A stretch of 64,000 nucleotides of DNA from Camelus dromedarius (taxonomy: Eukaryota): the NCBI RefSeq assembly GCF_036321535.1, contig NC_087436.1, positions 48,796,001-48,860,000 on the forward strand. The letters run 5' to 3'. This document shows, one piece after another, positions 50,546 through 63,559 of the stretch (within the stretch, counting starts at the first letter, position 1; the number at the start of each line of letters is the position of its first letter). Position numbers and translations under genes: made by a program. The notes under the pieces were generated by a model. It had not been told where the DNA came from and made no database searches. It saw nothing but the letters and a program-made list of their open reading frames with translations.

Positions 50546-50714
50546 ATTTTTTTTCATATATGAATGTACTTTGCTGGTGGATATCAAATGCTAAAGTCAT
50601 TTACATTTCCATGCTTCTATTTACAATAGAAGACATTCTATAGACCATAGAGTTGTTAAATATTTGGGCAATTCAGGAAAAAACACACTGAAGATATAGT
50701 AAAATGTGTGTGTG

Positions 50715-51090
50715 TGTTCAGAGTAGTTTTAGGTTCACAGCAAAACTGAGCAAAAATTAGAGCTCCCATATACCCTCTACTCCTCATGCACAACTCCCCT
50801 ACTATCAAATCCTGTGCCAACATCGGATCCCAAGTCATCGTTACACATGATGAACCGACATCACTATCACCCAGGTCCACAGGGTGCACTCTTGGTGTTG
50901 TACGGTCTATGGGTTTTGACAAATGTATAATGACATGTACCCACAACTGTAGTATCATACACAATATTTTCATCGCTCTAAAAATCCTCTATGCTCCACT
51001 TAGTCATTCCTCCTCTCCTCACCCGACACAGCAATCATTGATCTCTTTACTGTCACTATAGTTTTGCCTTTTCCAGAATGTCATACAGTT
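50715..51090 (-). mobile_element. L1MC-type 3' end
   Basis: gtagttttaggttcacagcaaaactgagc; cactcttggtgttgtacggtctatgggttttgacaaatgtataatgacatg. Confidence 0.85.
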
Positions 51091-51859
51091 AAGATGTTTT
51101 TAACGTTACATATCAAGAACATGAATAAGAAAACATTGTTATATAGATTTATAAGGATTAAAATATCTAATGTGATGCTAATTTTCCATACATTTCTCAA
51201 ATCCCCGGAGTATAAACAAATAAATCTTTTTTTGATATAGAAGGAAAAGCAGTTCATCTCTTTTCATATCAAATTAACTCATAAACACAGTTTCACAGAA
51301 ACATAAGTTCTCAAATTCTTTCATAGTGGAGCTAATCCTATTAAAACCCCAAATATCAGCAGTACATGTTTTCAGGACTCAAGCTTACAACATTATAATT
51401 TAATGGGCACACCCTGTTTAGTGAGCCCTTAATCCAACTTCAAAAAGAGCACAGCATAGTTTTGTCAGAGTGGGCTTCATGCTACATTCACATAATTTAT
51501 ACAGATTAAAAAAAAAATCCAGAAACTAATTAATCTCTTTTAGTGGCCAGTGGAAGCAAGAGTTTGACTGGGTGAGTAGGGGTGGGAGGAGAGAAGCAAG
51601 ATTACGTAGTATATACTGAGATTTGAGATAGAAACAGCACATTGTAAAGCACCTCCCCTTAATTATGCATATAAAAATACAAGTATGGTATTAGAAAAAG
51701 TAAACGTGAAACAGAAGTTGAGTTTAAAATAAAGGCAAAATTTATCTGCAACTCAATTCAATTCAATGACACCAAAATAAGTACATGTGTTAGAATGAAT
51801 CCTATTGTTTTGCTCCCCTCTCCTTCTTTTCCCCTGTTACTTTTTTCTTCCAGTATTTA

Positions 51860-52650
51860 TGATGCTCTTAACCAATAAGACAGACACTGTCCCTGATTGA
51901 GGAGCTTATAGTCTTGGGAGGGTAAGGCACTGACAAGTAAACATATAATTAAAATACATAGTACATAGAACTATGATAATGGAAATATCTAAAACAAACG
52001 GAGCTCCAAGGAGAATCAACACCTACGGATAGGGTGAAGGGGGAGGAGGAATGTTTCAGGCAATGGAGCTGAACACAGGGCATCACAGGTAAAGCACAGA
52101 GAGTTGGGGAGGATGGTGAGTTAGGCAGGAGCAACACACAGAAGCCGTGTTAAGGAAGTAGAACTTTATCTAAAGGCACTGGGAAGGCACTGAAGAATCT
52201 TAAAGCCTAAGAATGACATATCCAGATTTGTGTTTTTAAGAATCTTTCCAGATGTGAAGTAGAGAATGGACTATAGGCAGTGAGATGGATTAGTAGCCTG
52301 TTGCAATAACCCATATGAGAGACAATGATAGCCTTTAACAGGGCAGTGACAGAAGACATGGGGCACAGAAGAATTTGAGAGTGATAACTCAAAAGACAAT
52401 CCAACCATAGGACTTAGTGATTAATTGGATGGGGGTAGAGTGAAATGAGGGGAAGGCGGGAAATAAAGGGTAACAGCTAGCTACCATTTCTCTAGCATTC
52501 ACTGCGTGCCAAGAGCTGTGTGTTTTACGTACATTATCTCATGTCATCCTCATAGCAATCTTACAAGGTGACTGTGATTACCTAGCCCAGGCTCACAGAG
52601 GCCCACGACTTGGGAAGCAGCTATAGCACTCATGAGTCAGAGCCAACTTA
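51860..52650 (-). mobile_element. L2 fragment followed by MIR (from about 52470)
   Basis: ggagcttatagtcttgggagg and gcactgggaaggcactgaagaatcttaaagc (L2); cattatctcatgtcatcctcatagcaatc (MIR). Confidence 0.65.
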
Positions 52651-55600
52651 GAATCAAGAACAAATAATTTAATTTTTGTCTTTAATTTTCCCCCCACCAT
52701 AATTCCTACTTCCTCTTTTGTATCTTCTTTAGCAGTCTTCACTACTTACACATTTTTAGTGGCTCAGCAGGGTTCTTCTTACAACTGTGAATAAGTAATG
52801 CTCCAAAGAGGCACAGTTGTCTGTCTTCGACATAAAAAGTAAAGTGGTTGCTTCTCTGGAGAATTTACCTTCTTTTTATTCAGTGTTTACCAAGGCACAT
52901 CTCAAATGTGGATCACTGAATTGTGTATCACACTACCTATTTCAGCGATGTCCTGGGGGGTGAACAAGTCATTTGAACCGTATAATAAATTCAAGAAGGG
53001 TTTTTATCTCACCTCAGAGTATTGGGATGAAACCTTTCTAACTCTAGTTCAGCCTGAGAAGTATGTCAAGCATGGCACAAATCTCAGTGCCCAAAATGGA
53101 ATCCACAGCTTTTCACGTTCCTTGATCTTTCCTCAAGGCTGCTCCTGCACGTGCACATACCCCGTTAAGGAAATATATTTCATATGAATTGGGTGTAAGA
53201 GTTACTCCTAATAAAATATATTTAAATGGACTAGGAAATTAATGGGCAATTATTCTTAAAAGCCCAAATCATAATTTGGACTTCTGAGAATATGTCTGGT
53301 AGCCCTTTGTCACTGTATTCATGAACAAAATGGACTTCTCAGAAAGTCTGTGAGATTGCAAAGGATTTAAGATTTGAATGTGGAAGATGCCCATGAAATA
53401 ACTTTAAGTAAAAAAAATTACAATATGCATTTTTGTCTGTATGACTGCATCATAAGCAAATAGAAAGACTGTAAAGAATGATCCGCAAATGGTATCAGTT
53501 GTTTGGTTTTATAGTATTTTCTCTTTTCATTTTTAAAATTTCTGTTATACCATTATGCAACTTTCATAATATTAAAATAAAAGCTATGATATATTTTTTT
53601 TTAAAAAGAAAATATTTCCTTTGGAAAGGATACAAAATAGCAGCTAAATTTAATTTCTGAGTTGACTGAAGAAGGTCTTGGTAATATCTTTCACAATGTT
53701 TTTATCATGTGTCTACAGCGTTACTTTATAGGAAACTGGCCTCCTCATGAGAATTTTCTCCCCTGAAAATATAGTCACATCTGGCTCCAGTCAGTGATGC
53801 TTTGTGCAATTTAATTCCCTTTCCCCATCATTCCCATCTGTTCTAGCTTTTTCCTCCCCATTTTAACCATGATATTGTCTATTCCCTATTTTGTTCTGTT
53901 TTATCCAAAATTAAACTTGAAGATAAAAAGATTACATACAGAGATAGGTTTTGGAAACTTAACAGATGGGAGAACATTTTCATATAGAGTTGATGGTCAG
54001 GATTTTGATTGTGTTCTCTACCAAGAAATATGGGGTTATCAAAGAAAAACTAGACATTTTCTACAACAGAATGCTGCAGAAAATCTGAGGCAAGACTCTT
54101 AACTCTGAAACCATCCAGTGGCATAATTAACTTTGCAACCGATAACCACCAACAAGCATGATAAATTTTTTGCTGGGAGAAACTGTTTCTCAATTAAGAA
54201 AAAAATTAAAAATTAAAATGGGAATTTAAAAACATATACAAAAGTTGGGGAGAATAGTATAATGAAGTTGTGTTACTTATCACCCAGCTTCAAAAAATGG
54301 CACTATTTTGAAATCTATCCCCAACCTGAATCTTTCCGCTGAGGTAATCTTAAAGAAAATCCCACACAATCATATTATTTTACCTCTAAATATTTCAGTA
54401 TGTATATTTAACAGACAAGGGCTTTCTTTTCTCTAACATAATCATGAGAGTGAACCCAATAAAATTAGCAATAATTTCTTAATATCACCTAATACCAATT
54501 TTGTTATCTGAAAAATGTCTTTTTGAAAATTTATTTACTTGAATCAAGACTGAAATTAGTTATTCATATTGACTGAGTCAACATATCTCACATCTTTTAT
54601 TCTATAATAGTAACCCCTTCTCCCATTCCTTTTCTTTTTCCTTAGAAAAGTGGCTAACTTTTACTATACATTTTTCTTCTGGATACTTTTGACTGATTTC
54701 AAATAAAACGGATTATGCTGGTGAGAGGAACCAGTTGACAATAACACCTGCTATTGCCATTTGAGCTTTGTAGTTATTTACTCTTCCAGATCTAGTTCGT
54801 TAATCAGTTGGCATCCAACAGATTTATCATTCAGAAAAGAAATCAAGGCAAAATCTCAAAGTGTTATTAAGTTCTTTTACCTTTTTTTTGTTCTCCAAAG
54901 AATGACGATGGAGGTCCCATTCAGAAATATTCTCAAAAGACAGTCAGGGTTGGGGACAAGGGCTCTGAATTCCCAAGTATAAAGAGACACATGGAGGAAA
55001 GCTGCCACTTTCAACTTTTCTCTTTCTTTTCTTGCCCTATTTTACCAAGCTACAAGTTAGTTAGAATGAGGAGTGGCTGGGGACCCATGTAAGAAAAACA
55101 TTCAAAATATATTTGTATGCTTGAACACATTTTGATTAGAGATAGAAGTTAATAAATAAACTAACAGAATACAAAGAAACCCTTGCTACGATCTTGCTGA
55201 AGTTACACAGGTCTGGTGTTACTGGATGGTAAATACACTAGCGGGGCATCTTGTTGTTATAGATTGTTACAGGTTAGGGATGTTTCAACTCTAATTGTTA
55301 GTGGCTGATGAGAGGAAGGTTAAGAATTAGATAACAACTGTAAAGCCTATCATAGGGTAAGAATTTAATACATATCAGTTATATTATTATATTTTTATAA
55401 AAATATTCACCATAAGCTTGGCTATTCTAATAAATTGTATTAAATTTCTACACATTAAGATTACAGATTTAATTACATCCATGATCCCAATATTTAAAAG
55501 CTTCATGTCATGAAAAGTGTAGGCTTTTCTATTCATGAAAACAAGCTTTTTGAGTTTCAGTTTGATTGTTTCACCTTTGCACATAAAATGGACTGCTGGG

Positions 55601-56088
55601 CTACGTGTTATTAGGGGAGATGATTTCTAAGCTTCCTGCTAGTAGAAAGGTTCACAAGTATAAAAAATATTGCCATATTATGTAGATCATTTTACAAGAG
55701 ATTTACAAGGGATCTTATGGGTCATCTGGCCTGATCTCATTTTGAATGCAGTGAAACTCAGTTCAACATGATAATAACACTTTAGACTATAGTTTGCTAC
55801 TAAAATCAACTCATGCTAGCCTTATCTATTATGGCTCACAAGGCATTATCTTAATGATCTTCCCAATAGTTCTATGATAATAGTATTAGCATGTTCACTT
55901 TTACAGATGTGAAACTGAGACTAAGAAAGATAAAGTGGCTAGCCTGAATCATAGCGAATAAGTGGAAAAGAATGTCATGTATCAAATTCTGGGTTCATAT
56001 TCTATGTCCTTTGTACAACACATCAGCAACTTTCAAAAAATTATTACAGCAATCCAGTGAAGTAACCAAGGTAGGAAGACTATGCTCA

Positions 56089-56242
56089 ATTTTTTTTTCT
56101 TTTTTTTTGGGGGGGGGCGGGTAGTGGGCAGAGGGAGATAACTAAGTTTATTTATGTATTTATTTTTAAATGGAGGTACTGGGGATTGAAGCCAGGACCA
56201 TGTGCATGCTAAGCATGCAGTCTAACACTGAGCTATACCTCT
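56089..56242 (-). mobile_element. tRNA-derived SINE (Vic-1-like), copy 5, inserted among MIR remnants (about 55840-56370)
   Basis: atggaggtactggggattgaagccaggaccatgtgcatgctaagcatgcagtctaacactgagctatacc. Confidence 0.88.
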
Positions 56243-57042
56243 CAGTTCGATTTTTACAAATGAGAAAAATCAGGCAAGTTTATAGCTATGCCCAAGGTTA
56301 TGGCACTAATGAGCACAGAGCTGGCGTAGGACGTGGATTTTTCAGTCTTCTACAACATTCTTTCCACCACACCAGTGTGCCTGTGTCTGAAAATTCTAAT
56401 TTGGGAAGTTCTTTTTTCCTAGCAAAAATATATTTATTATTTGACTCTTTGGGAAAGGGTTAAAATTATTCTACTTTCCTTGACTCAGTGCAGTTGAATC
56501 ATTGAAATACTACATATTTATGAGTCATATTTTATCCTCAGAAAACTTAAGATACACATGAACTCTAAGTTAAATAGATAAATCAATACAATTAAGATAT
56601 ACACTAATAGAACTGTTAAAACACTTTAGCAATTAAACTGTTAGAAAGGAAAGAAATGACACTATAAATAGCTTAAGGTGCTTTGAGTACAAAGCTGAAT
56701 ATTTATTTGACATTTTATTAAAACTGAAAATCAAAGAGAGGCAAAAAAAAATCTTGAAATGCACTTGGTGTTGTAGAATGTTTAGAAATACAGGAAATTT
56801 AATTCTATGTTTTGTAAATAATTCTAAACTGTATCTGTCTTAATTCTCATCACAAAGCAAGATCCTGTGCAGAGCCAGGGATGCTGAACACTCTGGGGAG
56901 ACATACCCAAAAAAGTCAGGGAAGAGAGGATGCATTAGGAGGTGAAGTGCTAGGCAGTCTTCTCAGCTTCTGATTGAAAGAAAAACAAAATAAGCCAGGA
57001 GGTCTCTTTGTTATGCAAAGGCCAGTGAGCTCACACATCTAC

Positions 57043-57173
57043 TATCTTTTACCCATTCCTTGATCTGACTTTAGAGGTCAAGTTTAGACTTATTTAGCAG
57101 TCTAATTATCTTTTACCCATTCCTTGATCTGACTTTAGAGGTCAAGTTTAGACTTATTTAGCAGTCTAATTAT
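57043..57173. repeat. Perfect 64-bp tandem duplication
   Basis: 57043-57106 is identical to 57107-57170, plus a 3-nt 'tat' overhang. Confidence 0.97.
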
Positions 57174-57649
57174 GTTCTAGAATTTCTCAATATGCCCTGA
57201 TTCTAATTACTTAGGTATTTACTATGATTGACTCTTCTAGGTCAATGCATCAGAGCCTAACCTGGTAATGATTCTGATACTAGATTGCTCCCTGTACCTC
57301 ATGGCTCCATAGGAAGAAATTGAGCCTCTTCCCGAGACATCCAAACCTTCAACTTATAGCAATAATATATGAAATAAACCATGTTATATTATGGTTCCCC
57401 AGGGAGCTAGTGAACTTAGAGTGGTACTGTGGGATATTTTAACTTTTTGAAGCAAACACAGCTAGACTGAACATCTATTGGATATCACACTAATTACTAG
57501 ATGAGATAGTTCACAGGTTCAACAGCAAATTATGCTACATTAATTTTATTGGTCTAGAGGTGTTGTGAAAACAAAATTATAGACACACTAAAGGTGAAAG
57601 TTTGGAAAGCTCTGACATAGACTGTTTTGCTTTAAGTGTTAGGAAAATT

Positions 57650-57925
57650 GTATTTACTCATTCAACAAATAAGTATTAAATACCTACTATGTTTCAGGTA
57701 CTATTTTATATTCTGGGAATTCAGTAGTGAATGAGATAGAAAAAGTATCTGCTCTCATAACAGACAATTTTAAAAACAGATAAATGCTATAAAAAATTAC
57801 ACAGGATAAACTTACAATGACAGTGATAGAGGAAGGAGCAAGTTTAGACAGGGTGGTCAGGAAATGTCTTTCTCAAGAAGTAATTTTTGCATCGAGATAT
57901 ATCATTGATGAGAGGGAGTCATTCA
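57650..57925 (-). mobile_element. L2 3' end
   Basis: tcattcaacaaataagtattaaatacctactatgtttcagg. Confidence 0.75.
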
Positions 57926-58699
57926 AAGCATTTTTTAAAACAACACGTTTTGGCTGTCAACAACCAAATAAGTTCTACATCTTCACATTTCTTCTTTTTT
58001 CTTAGCACACTTCACAATCTATGTTAGAGGGATGGCTGTCTTCTATTTTTGTCATGGACTGTTTTTTCAAACCATAAGAAAAATCTCAAGTACTTGTGAG
58101 AGACATAACAAATCATTGTTTGCTATGGGTATATTAGCTAGCCATGCTTTATTACAGTGATAAAACAATAAGGATGACTGGAAGTTGATTCTTGTCACTT
58201 CCTCTTGAACTAACAACTGCTCTAAGAACATAAAATTAAGAAGGTAGCAACGGTGATAATTTGTGTTGCTTATGTCTTTATGCATCTATTTTACAAATCA
58301 CAGACTGGATGTGTCCTCTTTTGTACTCCAACCCCCACCATGCTACATGGTTTATTCCCTAGCATCTGATGGTAATAGCACCAGTGGATTCCAGCACAAG
58401 TAGTACTCATGCCTTTCCTATTTTTAAATCATATTAACACCCCTACTTGGTTATATCATATTTTATTAGTACTGTAATTTGATTTATGTAAGGACTTGTG
58501 GAGCATACTAATGTTCCCATCTATTTTTTTTCTTTTAAAATGTGGACTTGTTATAGAAGTGCCCAACTGAGAAATCTGGGTCTAGTTGCATATTTGAAGG
58601 CTTAGTTGGGAGATCTCTAAGTTCTCCCTTACAACCTTGCTTCTATACTTGGCATGATTTCCACTGAGTAGGAAAGCTAAATCAGTAATATTATGCCAC

Positions 58700-59180
58700 A
58701 TCTTTCCCCTACTGCAGGATTTTTGTGGATGCCTTTTAACAGGCTAAGGGAGTTCTCTTCTTATCCAAGTTTGTTGAGTGTTCTTTATCATGAAAGTGTG
58801 TTGGATTTTGTCAAATGTCTTTTTTTTTTTGTATGTGTATTGGGACAATTTGAGTGTCAAAATAAATAATGACAATAATGGAGTATAATCCATTGAATAT
58901 AATAAGAATACAGAATAAATACTGATATGAATAAATGTGGCTGTTGTCCTGCATTCTCTTGATATACTATATTACATCCATTGACTTCAGATGTTAAACC
59001 AACCTTGCCTTTTGGAGGTGGGGTGGTGATGGTGGTAGTGATAAATCCATCTGCTTATGGCATAAAATTCTTTTTAAAATCTGTTGCTGGATTTGGTTAG
59101 CTAGTATTTTAAGAATTTTCACATCTATATTCTTAAGAGATATTGGTCTGTTTTTTATTTTTTTGTGATGACTTTATAGT
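58700..59180 (-). mobile_element. L1 ORF2 fragment
   Basis: tttatcatgaaagtgtgttggattttgtcaaatg; atgttaaaccaaccttgc; tttcacatctatattcttaagagatattggtctg. Confidence 0.75.
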
Positions 59181-59199
59181 AGGTTTGTTTTAAATGTGT

Positions 59200-60577
59200 T
59201 ATGAGATAGCAATTTTGAAATGACTTTCTCTGTATTCTAAGATTGAGCAAATAACTAAAAATATTAAGAAAATAGCATTCTCAGATTTCTTACTGTTGGA
59301 GAAAGGAAATACATAGAGAAGATATATAACCATGAGAGAACCAGAATGAATTCCCTGCTGCTAGATTAGAACTGAGTGCATCTGTTTGATGTGATTATGC
59401 AAATACACACACAAACTGACACACAGATATTCTCACTGTGTCCACTGAGAAGGCCTAGAAGCAGTGGCATCCCAGTTTTAATTATTATACTTAGCATCCA
59501 GATCTCAGAATAAAGGCTACTTCCAGGATTGTATCAGGGAAATGACAAGATGATCCTGGAACATTTTATTGTGCCAGAAATTAATGAAGTGCTCAAAGAA
59601 TGATGGGAACATGTCAAAAGATAAAGGAATCAGTTTGAAGGGGTTCCTACTAGCCAAATCTGGGACAATTTGAGTACCAAAATCAATAATAATAATAATG
59701 GGGTGTAACTCATTAGAAAAATAGGAATCTAGAAATCCATACTGATAAAGAGAATAATAAATAAATAAATGAAGGGAGAGAAGGGAAAGCTTCTCCTCAG
59801 TTTGCCAATTAAGAAATATGAAAGAAATGATGAAGTGAAGAAAAATCACTATTTTTATAAACATTATAGTAATTAATAGTAATTAATTCAGGCAAGAATC
59901 ATTAATGAATGCTAAATGAAATGTGATGAGGAGTAAGACAAATAGCCTCATAGAACTTCCCTACAAATTATTTGTTAATTACAAAGGGAAGAACAATAAC
60001 TTTACAGTAGAGAAACCTGCGTGTGTCAACTTAATCCAGGTTAACTAACATCACTGTTACCAATAATGGGATAAACTGACATATGTGCCTTTTCTGTACA
60101 CATCACTTTAGTGGTATTTCTGCCCCAAATCTATAACTTGAATCTAATTATAAAGAAATGTCAAAAAAAAAAAAACAACAACAAACAAACACCCTGAATC
60201 AATAGAAATATTCTTCAAAATAACTTGTCTGTATTCGTCAAATCTGTCTTGTCAAAAAAAATATCAAGTTCATAAACAACAAAGAAAAGCCTAGTAATCA
60301 TTCTAGCTTAAATGAAACTAAAGAAACATGAAGACTAAATACAGTATGATCCTGGGTTGCATTCTGAACCAGGAAAAAAAAATAAATATAAAAGACATTA
60401 TTGGGACAATTGATGTAATCTGAATACAGGCTACAAAGACAATAGTATTGTATCAACATAAAAATTCCTGATTTTGATCATTGTACTATGGTTATATAAA
60501 AATGGGCAAAACATCTACAACTTACTTTTAACTAGTTCAAGAAAAAATATATATGCATACCCACAGACATTTATATG

Positions 60578-60614
<37 letters not shown>

Positions 60615-60750
60615 CTAGAAAGATAGTGAGCATGAATGATAAAGCAAATGGGGCAAAATGTAAACAACTGGTGAATCTGGATGTTTCTTGCACTATTTTT
60701 GCAACTTTCTGTAAGCTTGAATTATATTAAATATTTCAAAAGTTTTAAAG
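59200..60750 (+). mobile_element. L1MC/MD-type 3' region
   Basis: aagatgatcctggaacattttattgtgccagaaa; ttacaaagggaagaacaataactttacagtagagaaacctg; cttgcactatttttgcaactttctgtaagcttga. Confidence 0.8.
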
Positions 60751-63559
60751 CACACATATTAGCAACAACTACCAAAAAACACTGAATTTTATCAAGGACA
60801 TACCAGGAAATTGAGTTTCAGAAACTGTATTTATCACTTTGCTAAAGCAAAAGGAAACTACTTTTGTGCAAAACCAAAAGATTCCAAGTAGCAGAGTGAA
60901 GTAAAAAAATAAAAAAACAAAACAAGCTAACACTGTCCCCAACATATTCATTTCAGAAAGCTGTTGGCTCTAGAGGGTAAAAAGAAAAAGTTCAATTTCC
61001 TGAAGATGTAATCTAGTATTATCCACACCAGGTGCAATATCCAATCTTATCCAAATAAATCAGTCCAAACTTATGCCTCTAAGAGCAAGAAAGGTCAAAA
61101 TTCGAACAAATCGACCGTTTCAAACAAAAGGAAGAATGCAAGAAGCACTCTGTACAAATAAGGTGAACCTACGTGCTGGCACAGTTGCTATTAGCAACGC
61201 AATGTCTTTGACATTAAAGAGAAAAATTACTTGAGTTTGGGCCAGATTGGTAGTTATTTTTTTTATACACAGTATACACACAAAAACACAGCAATTCTTT
61301 TTATATAACTCAAAATGAAAAACCTGAAATAAAGTCTCTGTACATTTATTAACACAAGAGATCAGAGGTGATTATTAAAAATCCTGAAGCAGTCAGAATT
61401 CCTATGTATTATGAAGCCAGGAAAGATGTGTCTGTCTCCTTTTTATTTCTCTTTCTCTTTCCCTGTTCCTCATATTCTCTCCCTTTTTTATTCTCTCAAC
61501 TACCCTGTCTGTGCAGGCCAACGATAACCAGGGCTCAGCATTGCCAGGGGCAATCAGAGCTTCAGAGGTTGCTGACCTTGTACAAGGCGTGCACAGGAAG
61601 GGGCACATTTATTCTGACAGGGCATTTAAATGAAGCAAAACATCTTTCAAAGCATCTCACTGAAAAACAGCTCCTGCTGGGAAGAGTCTCTGGGCTTCAG
61701 AATGTGAACTGCCCCACACTGAGATACTACACACCTTCCAGAACAACACCAGGTCAGTCTCTGACAGCTGTGGGAAAGGCGCATTTTGATGTACAGCTGC
61801 TTTCCCCAAACCTGTGATTTCCTTGTCAAAGAAAAATTTAAATAAAGAAACTAAGCAACAGGGTCATAAATGACCAAAAAACAAAACAAAACAAAACTTG
61901 AAAATTTAGATTTCATCTTTAACAATCTTATCAAAAGCATATTTGTGTTTTAGTTCTTCATTCTCTAAGTAAACAGAAATATTTCCACCTTTCCTTGTTT
62001 GCTCTACTTCTATCCTGTTGCAGAATACTCCCTAAGAATGATAATGATCCACAAAACTATTTTTGTCTCAAAAGAAAGGAAAATTAAACTTAAGTTCAAA
62101 GAAAAATGAAATCTTATCATAAAATAAAATACCAGGTAATATTAACATTCTCTTCCATTTTCTGTGTCAGAACAAAAATATCAAAGTATTGGGTGGAGGA
62201 GAAAGTGAAGCTGGGCACTGGGCAACATATTTTACACACTGTTTTACTTAATGATGTGAGGTAAATATTATGATGTTCTGAGCTCTAAGGCTTGCAGAGA
62301 TTAGGTAATTTGTCTGAGATTATACAGCTAGGAAATGGCTTTAAATTCAGGCCTTCTTGAAAACTAACTTTACACTTGCGTATCTGTTGCCTGCCTCCCT
62401 GGAAGTTTTCTACTGGTACAACAAAAATATAAGAATAGCTTGACTTTTCAGATAAATCAGGAGGAAATTACCTCTAGAAATAAACAAAAAAATTTTGAGA
62501 TGAATTTTAGGGATATAATATATACTGTACTTTCAGACTTTCTGCCAAATTAATCTATGTGTAATTTGACTGACCAATTTTGTAAGTCAAATAGAAATTA
62601 TAAATTAATCCTTCTTATTGAAAAAGAATGTCTAGACTTGTGTTAACTATATGAATCACTAACAAGGTAATTTGTAAAAGTTTTTTTTTTTTTAAAGGGT
62701 AGGAGGTGACAGCAGTATGACATCGTCTCCTCGGATGTCTATAATAACCTTCCTTGGTGAAAACTATGCTCCCTTATGATGATTCACTCAAATATTTCAT
62801 CCATTTGTTCTCTGTCCAGTCAGCTTTTAGCTGGCTCAGACTTCTTGCTACCAGCTGGGGAACAGGACATAGTAAAATTTCCTAGAACCTTTATCCTAGC
62901 AGTCTGGTCGCTAGCCAGATGCAGTAGCACATATGTTAACCTAGCCAGGAAAAAATTTCCAGAGCATTATGAAGAGAGGCCTTAGGGGAAACCAATGAGC
63001 CAATGAACACAGCAGCTGAATATTGTAAGACGGCTCTTCCCTAGCCTGGAAAGCTCAGATCAAATTCCCTGCGGGGCCATCAATTTCACACTTGATCATT
63101 GAGAGCAGGTTGCTATTAATAAGCCATGGGCCACCAGTGTGGTGAGGAAACCATCTTTGAAGCAACCCTGGGTCTATCCATCATGGGAAATGGCAGAAAC
63201 ATATTTTGTGTTGCCCTTGTTAAGTAAGGTTGATTATTCATTATTATTAACATGTATTTGTTGGCAAGGAATAATATGGGACATGTAATTAGATACAACA
63301 TCTGTGCAGCAGGTTTTGTATTTAGGCAGAACTTTTTTCTCTGTAGAGGGGAAAATAAATAAAAAAGAAAGATCAGGTTTAAAGTCCAAGTATTTAAAAA
63401 AAAAAAGCCTGAGTATTATGCATTTATCTATATAAAGAACACAACTGATTTAAAATTAATTCTGACATAACAGAAAACTTTTCTCAAATGTCTTTGAAAA
63501 ACGAATCAATACTACATTGACAGGAAGTGCCTCAATTCTTTCCCTATCAGTGTTTCCTT

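Noticed and set aside
57043..57173. Direct repeats with internal palindromes, superficially CRISPR-like
   Set aside because: Only two adjacent units with no spacers, in a mammalian intron with no cas genes.
62740..62765. Minus-strand ...tcaccaaggaag|gttatt as a possible upstream GSTCD exon end
   Set aside because: The upstream translation does not resemble GSTCD and the donor is poor.
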